Source of the DNA: Lama glama
Taxonomy: Eukaryota
Length of the DNA: 64,000 bases
Assembly (NCBI GenBank): GCA_028534125.1
Contig: CM052818.1
Coordinates: forward strand, 10,108,001-10,172,000
Direction: 5' to 3'
Part shown: positions 54,922-64,000 of the stretch, one piece after another
How positions within the stretch are numbered: the first letter of the stretch is position 1
Layout: every line of letters begins with the position of its first letter
Made by a program: the position numbers and the translations under genes
The notes under the pieces: generated by a model
Database searches by the model: none
The model's input: only the letters and a program-made list of their open reading frames with translations
Told to the model about the DNA's origin: nothing

Positions 54922-56439
54922 CCATTCCTTCAGAAGGCTTTTGTTTTAATATTCGCAGATCATCCGGGAGGAGTCGTTAGTCTCCTTTGCTCAGTGGGAT
55001 TAATTTGTCATGTTGTGTCCATCTCACTTTAACTATTCCAGAAGCAGGGAGTCTGACCTTGAGAAGGCAAGACGTGGGGAAGTCGGCTGAGGCAGGACTG
55101 GAGTCTGAGGGGCGGTGGGTGGGAGGATGGCAGCCATGGGGAGCCTCTCTGGACAGACGGCTTGGAGGCTAAGTTGGCAGCACTGAAGGCGACCTCCCTG
55201 GACCTCACCAGTGATCTGACTGGAATGTGTGCTGGGGGAGGGGCTGCTGAGGACGTCTTCAGGCCAGGTGCCTGGTGGCACCACACTGGATTCGGGGCCA
55301 AGACATCTTTGCTCTAGTCCCTGCTTTTTCAGTTCATTTTTCTTCCTTGGGCCTTAGTTGTCTCATCTGTAAAATGAGTAGCTGAATTCCAAAGTTCTTC
55401 TGATTCTTAAGATTCGATGTGACTCTCCCTGGGAGGGAGAACGTTGCGGGTAGCACTACTTAGTGGTGGCAAGGCAGGAAGTCACCTGGCATGGCCATAG
55501 GAAGAATCAGCAAATGGCTGAGGAGTCACTGCTGTGAGCAATTCGTGGTGAGCAATTCCCAGGCCAGTCGGGGAAGGAAGGTGACTCTTAAAAATGCCAG
55601 GGAAATAATAGAAGGAGGTTTTGTCTCAGTGACGGGCAAGTAGGTGCTAGTAGCAAATAAACCAGCTCAGGGTCTCAGCTTGGTCAGGAATGGAATGCCT
55701 TTTTTTTTTTTTTAAAGGAAATAAATCCAATCGGGTCTTTTATCTTGTTTAGAAATCATAAATTTAACATGTATTGGGGTTAGTAGACCAGTTCTGGGGC
55801 TGTTTGGGGGCACGGGTTCATTAGGTTGGGAGTATTTATGAGACAGGGTTTAAAGGACGCCATTCAACAATTCTTGGCCCAGGGCTGTTTTGGCTGCAGC
55901 TTTGGGTGATCTTTTGGAGTTCTGCTTTGCTGAAATATAGTTTAGAACACAAAGAATTTAAATGGCTTTTGAAAACATTTCCCACCCCAACTAGTTAAAT
56001 TTCCAACACTTTGCAACCACAGCTGTAATTCAGTTTACAAACACAAACGGAGCACCTATTATGAACGAGCAGGATACAGTAGGAGGTATTTTGAGGGAAA
56101 CAGTAGTGAACTACACTAGGCGGGTGACTCAAACATTTTCCAAATTGTAATAAGTTTTGAGAGTTTTCCTTCTCAACTAAGAAGGCACATCAGCACACCT
56201 GCACCAAAACTTCCATGTGTCTTTTGGCTACAAGACTTAGTCTTGGTTTTTTGAAACTTTTGCACAATTGATAGGCTATCCTAATCAAAATATGGTTGAT
56301 GTGTCTCAGCATGAACACTGTTTGAAAAAGAAGACTCTGGAATACAAACTGGTTTAGACAATCAATAAATGAATTCCGAGTCCCTGGGCACTTGGTGAAG
56401 GTAAAGAGCATGCTCTGTTCTTGGGCACCTCTTCTGTGC

Positions 56440-56580
56440 GTTTCATTTGTTTCTCTGAGCTGTGTAGTATTATTGCCATTTTCTAGATAAAGAAACTGAG
56501 GCTTGAACCTGTAAAGTGACTTGATAAACGTCATCTAGCTAGTAAGAGGTAAGATCAGATCTTTCTGATTCTAAAAGTCT
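56440..56580 (-). mobile_element. MIR SINE
   Basis: ccattttctagataaagaaactgaggcttg...aagtgacttgataaacgtcatctagctagtaag. Confidence 0.65.
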
Positions 56581-56609
56581 TGCTCTTATTCACTCATTCA
56601 TTCAACAAA

Positions 56610-57420
56610 TTTTTATTTTTTTTAAATTGAAGTCGGTTTACAGTGTTGTGTTAATTTCTGGTGTACTGCATAGAAATTCAGTTAAACATACATATGTATT
56701 TCTTTTCATATTCTTTTTCATTATAGGCTATTACAAGATATTGAATATGTTTCCTTGTGCTATACAATAGGACCTTGTTGTTTGTCTATTTTACATATAA
56801 TAGTATCTGAAAATCCCAAACTTCTAATTTATCTCTCCACCCTCCCCTTTCCCCTCTGGTAACTGTAAGTTTGTTTTCTATGTCTGTGAGTCTGTTTCAG
56901 TTTTGTAAATAAGTTCATTTGTCATTTTTTTAGATTCCACATGTAAGTGATATCATATGATACTTGTCTTTCTCTGTCTGGCTTACATAGCATGATAACC
57001 TCCAGGTCCATCCATGTTGCTGCAAATGGCATTATTTTATTCGTTTTTATGGCTGAGTAGTATTCCATTGTATAAGTACGCCACATCTTCTTTATCCAGT
57101 CATCTGTCGATGGACATTTAGGTTGCTTTCATGTCTTGGCTATTATAAATAGTGCTGCTGTGAACATTGGGATGTGTATATCTTTTTGAATTAGAGTTTC
57201 CTCCAGATGTATGCCCAGGAGTGCGATTGCTGGATCATAGGGTAAGTATATTTTCAGTTTTTTAAAGGAATCTCCATACTGTTTTCCATAATGGCTGCAC
57301 CAGTCTTGTGTTCAGTGTGAGAAGTTTTCCTTTTCTCCACACCCTCTCCAGCATTTATTGTTTGTGAACTTTTTGATGATGGCCATTCTGACTGGTATGA
57401 AGTGATACCTCATTGTAGTT
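56610..57420 (-). mobile_element. 5'-truncated L1 (about 0.8 kb) with target-site duplication
   Basis: Classic reverse L1 3' sequence (tagattccacatgtaagtgatatcata, tccatccatgttgctgcaaatggc, gatggccattctgactgg). Flanked by ttcattcaaca at 56597-56607 and 57421-57431. Confidence 0.9.
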
Positions 57421-60069
57421 TTCATTCAACACGTATTAACTGAAAATTTCCCATTAGCATGCTGCCTTCACATTGGACAGTCTAGGTACTAAACCCATGA
57501 ATCAAAACACAGTACAACGCATTTTGCAATTAAGTACAACTTTAAGAGCTATATGAATTCAGAGAAGGGAGAATGATGTGGGTTGGAGAGGCTTGGCAAG
57601 ATGTCTTGGGAAGATCCTAGGCTGGGTCTCAGAGCATAGAAAAGATTTGCAGAGACAGAGAACAGAGATGAGAGTTAGAACAGGGTGTGTCTTGGGGGAA
57701 AGTGAGATGCAAGGGTAAACCAGAATAGATGGTTTACCTTCCCAATGTCATAGACTTTTGGTTTGAAATGTATCTACTTGAAGAGGCCTTTTAATCCCCC
57801 ACTGTTGGAGAGGGTGGAAGTAACCTGCAGTGTGTTACTCCCACCTGCCTTAATAGTGCTGTCTCTAAGTCCAGTAAGAGAGCCTGGAGGCGTGAGAACA
57901 TAAACTAATTACTCTTTGATGATGATTTCCACATTCTTCCTAAAATGATATCCAATCTGAATTACCTTTCTACAGGTACTTCTACATGGCTGAGATTTAA
58001 TCCATCTGAGATAATAATGGGAAAAGCCATAAGAGGAATGATTTTAAAAGCTCTGTGTTCCCAAGGGGCGTATGTTACTAGCTACACAGACTCCTTTCTG
58101 TGTGTAATCAAAACATTTCCTGTTCCCTTTGAAAATAAGACACTTGTGAGAAGGTGCTTCTTTGTTGAAGAAGTAGTTGCTTGGATGCTGGCTTGATTTC
58201 TGAGAACACAAATGATGTTTCTGTGGAGTCAACCTGAGCAACGTATTTCATTTGGCTTCTCAAAATTTTGCCAATACACATTAAAAGAGATTCTCAGGGA
58301 GGCGGTTGTGGTGACTGACTTATTGCTTCCCATGACCACTCTGTCCCCTTCTTTCTGCCTCTTTATCAGCTCTGTATAACCGGAGGAGTTAGGATGGGAG
58401 GAGAGTACATGGTGGTGTGGGGCTCTGAAAATGGACAAGAGAGGTTGGAGGCTGGCAGTGGAGCCCCAGATGGACAAGGAGGCTCAAGGTGGTGTGGTGT
58501 CGCCTCTTAGCCACCACATTTTCCCCCGAGGGAAGTCTGCTGCCACCACCCTCTCCTTTGCCACTGGTGGTGACTATTGGGTACACTTCTCATAGGATTT
58601 GGGAGGGATGTCCATGTTCATCTCTTGGGGCCCATTAATTCAGTTGCTTGGGTGTTCTAGTGACAGACTATGTGGTGTGGTGGAAAGAGTGCCAGATTGC
58701 AAAAGAAGCTTTGGACCTGGACAGTTCTACTGTCTAGGCTTCAGCGAGTTCCTTAAGCTTTCTCCATGTCCATTTCCTTATTTGCCATCTAAGATGGTTG
58801 CACTAGGTAATCTCTAAGCTCCCTGCCAAGTCTGTGCCTGGAGGCCAAAGTTTAAATCTAGTCTCCCCTCCTCAGGGGATAGATAATGCTGCTTTGTGCA
58901 GGAGTCACAGACAGTGGCCCTCACCTGCCCTTATCTGGACTCCTCTAGGTGAGGATGTGAGTGGTTCAGCCCAAATCTCTTGTCTTTTTAGGTAAAACAG
59001 CTCCTGGTTGATGTCAGCAAAATTGTGTAGAAGAACTAGGGTGACCATCTAGGCTGGTTTGCCTGAGACTGAGACAGTTTTAAAACTGGCAAAGTCCTGG
59101 GAAAACTAGGATGACTGTCCAGATGAGGACAGCATCCACCCACCTAGTGTGAAGTGCTGCTCAACCAAGGCCAGTGAGGGTGTCACTGAGAGATGTAGAA
59201 ACATTCTAGAAAGCTCCAACTTCTCTTGGAAATTACTGTATTTATTCCCTGGAAGTCTCTTCAGGGCTCTGTTAGACAAATTTAAGTGATGAAATGTCTT
59301 CTTCCCCCAGTCCCCAGGCCTGTTGACTAAGACACTTCCTATCCTAGAGCCTAGTTTGGCCCTGGTCTAATTGGTCTTATACCAGATGTCCCTGAAACCA
59401 CCTGTTGCTCAGCACAGCCTACTCGTCCAGCATTCACTTGCTCAGTGCAGGAGGCATGATCTGTAGAGTCCAATAGGACTGTGGCCAGGTCTCTGCCCCG
59501 GTTCTCACATACCCTCCAATCCTTACCCTAGGCCTGGGGATGAGTAACCTCCCTTCCAAAACTGATGCTGTGACTGGGCTGCTAAGTAAGAAACATGTGA
59601 CCATAATAAAGCAGAAGCTGTAAGAGGTGAGGATGGATGTTTCATGCTCAGGATCCAAGATGTCCTGATTTAGGTGATTTATTCTTGGAGGGGGTGTTCT
59701 GACACTGGTGTAAGAGTCTGAAAGAGCCCATTCCCTGTGGCAAATAGGTCCTCTTTGTAGGATGTGACAACTTCTTTTTGGGGCTTGGACTCATTTTCCC
59801 TTCTCCTAAACCTTTTGAGTTGGAGAGCACCGTAAGTGGTTCCCTCAAGTCTCTTCCCTTTTATTTAATTCTATTTCTGCTCCTTGCTTTTCTCACTTGG
59901 GCCTTCTTTCTCTATATGCTCTAGGGGCACAGAACTCTGAGCAATCATTTTATAATTTTTAAAATCTATTTGAGTCACACAATTCATATACAGTTATTTT
60001 TTTGTTGTAAAAAAAGTTCAAATTTTTTTGATCGAATGGATGAGAATGATATAGTCTTGGTTTAACTCA

Positions 60070-60240
60070 ACGTTTCCTTGGGTCCCTGAATGACAGTGTG
60101 GGGTAGACCCTCCTTCACCTGCTACCCGCTGGATAACCTGCATCAGGCTGTGATATAGGTGAGAAATACTGTTTTATTGTGTTAGGTCACTGATATTGGG
60201 GTTGTTTTCTACAGCAGTTGGCTTGCCCTGACCGGTGCAA
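60070..60240 (+). mobile_element. MLT1-type (MaLR) LTR 3' fragment
   Basis: cttgggtccctgaatgac...gtgagaaatactgttttattgtgttaggtcactgatattggggttgtttt...cagcag. Confidence 0.55.
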
Positions 60241-61109
60241 GGCATTTCAAAGAATGGCAGAGTACTGAAATCTTGGCCTCTTAAAACCACATCAGCCAGG
60301 CTCTGTCCTACATAGCCTATATGTGAAGCTGTCTTCCATTTCTTAAGACCTAGCCTATGGTTTGAAAACCCAGCTAACTGCAGAGAATTGAAATAGCCTT
60401 TCCCCCTTCTCTGTTTCTGTCTTTTTTCCATAACCGTCTTTCCCATTGTCTTGGTGAATAGTCTTTTTCTTTTTCTCTCCCAGTTTACAGAAGCAAAATG
60501 GGAATGTTCAAAGGTTAAAATAGGCCAGTGATTCTTTGGCTATGTCAGCGCATTACAATTTGGGGTGGAGAATTTTAACAATTAAAAAAATTCTTTCTGA
60601 ATCTTCTTTTGGCTTTAAGTACTATCTAGATAATTAATGCCACTGAGGTAACTTTTCTCCTCTCCAAATATTTGCACCTGGGCTCCCTCCTTTTTGTGTA
60701 TGTGTATAGAAATAATTTCAATGCCCTAGCTTAAGATCTGGCAGAGAAAAATATCCTTATCCCCTTGGAGAAGGTCATCCAATTCTGGAAAAGCTGCCTC
60801 AAGAAAGGACCATATACACGTTTTGTAAAAGCATGATTATTAAGTTTCAGGTTTATTATCATGCAAATGCTTCCATTTCCCCTCTTACCCCACCCAATCC
60901 CCTCCTATAACAGTGAATAAAATGACATCTGGGACATTGGGAATTTAACCAGCCAGTCAGGAGGGTGGAACAGTGTTTCCTCAGCCAGTGGTTTACAGGG
61001 GTTTTCAGAGGGCCTTTGCAGGGAACCTAAGGACTTGTTCCTTTAAACAAGGTGCCGGCTTATCTCACATTTTGAAACTCCCTTTGCTTTCAAAGGTAAG
61101 TGTTTATCT

Positions 61110-61580
61110 CTGAGGGAATGTGAATTGGTACAACCTTTCGGGAAAGCAATTTGGCAACACGCATCAGGAGCCTTAAAAACGTCTGCTTATTTGACCCTGT
61201 AGTCCCACTTCTCGGGCTTTATCCTAAGGAAATAATCAGAGGTTTGATCACAGATGTATGTACAAGAATGCTTGTCACAGCATAATTAACTTATGATAGC
61301 AAAACCCCTGGAAACAGCCTAAATGCTGAATAATAAGGAGAGAGTGAGTCTGCTTCATAATGGAATACTATACTGCCTTTAAAAATAGTGCTCCCCCCCC
61401 ACAATTTAAGGACATAGAAGAATGTTCATGATAAAGTGTTAATTGGGAAAAAAAGGCTACAATACAAATTCTCACTTTATTAAAAAATAGTTTATTTAGG
61501 TACACATATATAAAGACAAGGAATAAATACAAACAACAAGAGTGCTTCTGACCTCTACTCTGACATGTTCTAACTGCTAA
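61110..61580 (+). mobile_element. Ancient L1 (L1ME-like) fragment
   Basis: tgtgaattggtacaacctttcgggaaagcaatttggcaa...tttgaccctgtagtcccacttct...tatcctaaggaaataatc. Confidence 0.7.
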
Positions 61581-62109
61581 CAAGTGATTTAAACCCTCTA
61601 AATTTTTTTTCAGGGTTGTGGTGAGGATCTGAAAGAATGTTTGCAGAGTTCCTTACACATAGTGGTTGCTCAATAAATGGTAGTAGTTGTTATGGTTATG
61701 ATTCTTACCAATATTATTTGTTAGTGGTAGTAGTTTGTCCATGACAAATATCAGGTAAGAATAGTTTGGTGGGGATAGCCTTCCTGTTACTCTCAATTCA
61801 CCGTTGTCTACCCACTGTCTTCTGTGAGGTGGGACTGCCCACAATCTAGACAAAACAAATCCCAAGCCCTGACATGGAAATTGTCACAGGGATAAAACCT
61901 CCTGGAAAATACACAAATGGGGACATTTGGAGGAGAGCAGGACTTCCTCTGGCTGTTCAAACAAAGCAAATAAAGCGTTTAGAAAATGACTTACTTATTG
62001 GGTTGGAAAGAGATGATAATATACAGTCTGTATGGTGTTTCACTATTTAAAGTCCTATTATCTCATAGGAGGAAGGATTTCTGTGAAGTAGCTTATATGG
62101 TTTGAGCCC

Positions 62110-62655
62110 ATGGATTAGTTATCTATTGCTACATAACAGATCACCCCAACACTTTGCATGTCTTACACACATTTTATCTCATAGTTTCAAGGAGTCAGGA
62201 ATCCAGGTGCAGCTTAGCTGGGCTGAGGGTCTGTCACAGGCTGCAGTCAAGGTAAGGCCAGACCTACAATCTTCTTGAGGTTCAGTTGGACAAGCTCACT
62301 CAGTGGCTGTTGGCAGGATTCAGTTCCTTGTGGGTTGTTGGACCGGGGGCCTTGGTTCCTCACTGGCTGTTGGCTGGAGACCATCTGAAGTTCCTTGCTA
62401 CGTGGGCCTCTATAGGGCAGCTTACAACATGACAGCCAGCTCCACCAGAGTAAGCAAGTTGGAAAGGAGGAAGAGAAAAGTCCCAGTCTTTTGTAATCTA
62501 ATCTTAGAATTGACATCCTATTACCTTTGCCATATTCTTTTTGTTAGAAGCAACCCACGAGTTCTGGCCCACACTCAAGGGGGTGGGTATTACAAAAGGG
62601 TGTGGATACCAGGAGGCCAGAGCATTGGGACCATTTTAGTAGGCAACCTACCACA
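62110..62655 (-). mobile_element. MLT1-type (MaLR) solo LTR
   Basis: ttagttatctattgctacataac...ctcatagttt...gtcaggaatcc...cagcttagctggg...ccattttag...ctaccaca. Confidence 0.75.
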
Positions 62656-64000
62656 TCCCCTTTTTACAGCAGAGGAAACCAAGGCTTAGGAAGGATGTGT
62701 GACTTTCCCTAAATCATTCATGAAGGAAAACCCAAACCAAGCCTATACTCTGTCCACTCTATCATGCAAACCTCTAGACTCATCCCAGGGTAATCCTCAT
62801 GCATAAAGTCATGCATGGTGTAATTTACTGAGTGCTTAAGGATTGTCATATAATAAAAATATCCTAAGAAACTTACAACATTTTATGATATTCTAGGTTG
62901 AGGGACATTTTTGGAGACAGAAAAATGTGATGATAATTAGAAAAATATACAGAGGCTCCATTACCTACAAATGCCACCCAGAGTTTTCACAGACTAGGGC
63001 CTGAAAAATAGTTCTTTAGGCCATCCAGGGTAGCAGCAATGATTAATTCCAAGCTGTTAACGGATTTTATTATGCAAATACTCCAGCAACTCAACCAAGA
63101 GAAGTTTGGGCACCGCCCCCACCCCATTCACTCTGGACTCTCAATTTGCATGGAAATGTGGCACTCTCACTAGAAGAGGAGACAGTTTGGTTCTCCTTGG
63201 TGGGGAAGGGGTGGTTAGGAGGTTGGGGAGAGGAGGTGGCTGGAGGGAGATCCAGCTATCCATTAGTGACATTTATCATTTTAATGCCCATTTGTGGTTA
63301 GAAAAACAATGATATTACCCTAATTTAGTAATTAAATTGCTCCAAGCCAGAGAGATAAGCAAAGCCTAGGGTCACTTTCAGGCGCACTGAATTTAGGGCC
63401 TTCCAGGAACAGGAATCAAATCCTGCATCACCGGGAAGAAGGCTGTTCCACAAGACCAGTGCTCAGTCTCAGCAGAGATGGGGGCCTCCTTTCTGGGGAG
63501 AGAAAGGCAAGCAACAGGAGCATGTCTTTGGGAGCCAGATAGAATTTTGTCTTGGATTTTTTAGAGTCGTCATTGTTTGGTATCAAGGAGGTATCACTGA
63601 TGGTATTATGGCTCTTCCCCGTGGAATAATACTTGGGGGAGGGGTGCTTAAAACTCTGCTCAGTGAATGAACAACCTCAGTTTAGGCACAGCAGGCTTAT
63701 GGGGGATTTGTCCCTGGGTTGTCTGAGACAGCTGTTCAGGAGGCAAATCAGAGGTACAATTGGAGGCCTCTCAAGAGATGGGCCAGGAAGTGTCCTGACT
63801 GACTTGGGAGATGAAGTGGTGGTGCTGCAAGTTGAGGCTTGAGCAGCACTGTTACTTGGAAGTGGTAATTGAGGTGAGCTCAAATACCTCTGGGAAAGGC
63901 CTGTTTCCAGGAGAGAGGGAGATGGAGCGATTAGCAGAGGGTTGGGATGTCTACTCCCCCCACAACCCCCAAATATCTACACGCATTTGGAATGAAAGGA

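Overview
Mammalian genomic DNA, most likely a camelid, because it carries a Vic-1-like tRNA-derived SINE. It covers the 3' half of the BCL11A (CTIP1/Evi9) gene on the + strand plus about 25 kb of downstream intergenic DNA. The window opens in intron 2 at what looks like the orthologue of the human +62 erythroid enhancer. It contains the 102-nt cassette exon 3 (22051-22152) and the large exon 4 (CDS 27398-29418), which encodes six C2H2 zinc fingers. Exon 4 has two internal splice donors (after 27540 and after 29140) and a roughly 3.2-kb XL 3'UTR. The alternative terminal exon 5 (from 37103) is read in two different frames by the L and S isoforms. The rest is candidate conserved non-coding elements, ancient repeats (MIR, L2, MER5A, MLT1, L1M) and a few younger insertions with visible target-site duplications, including a CpG-rich putative solo LTR at 54260-54921. 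I found no evidence for a new protein-coding system. The most interesting signals are splicing architecture, enhancer motifs and the LTR-like island. Repeat family names and human orthology come from pattern recognition and recall, not database searches.
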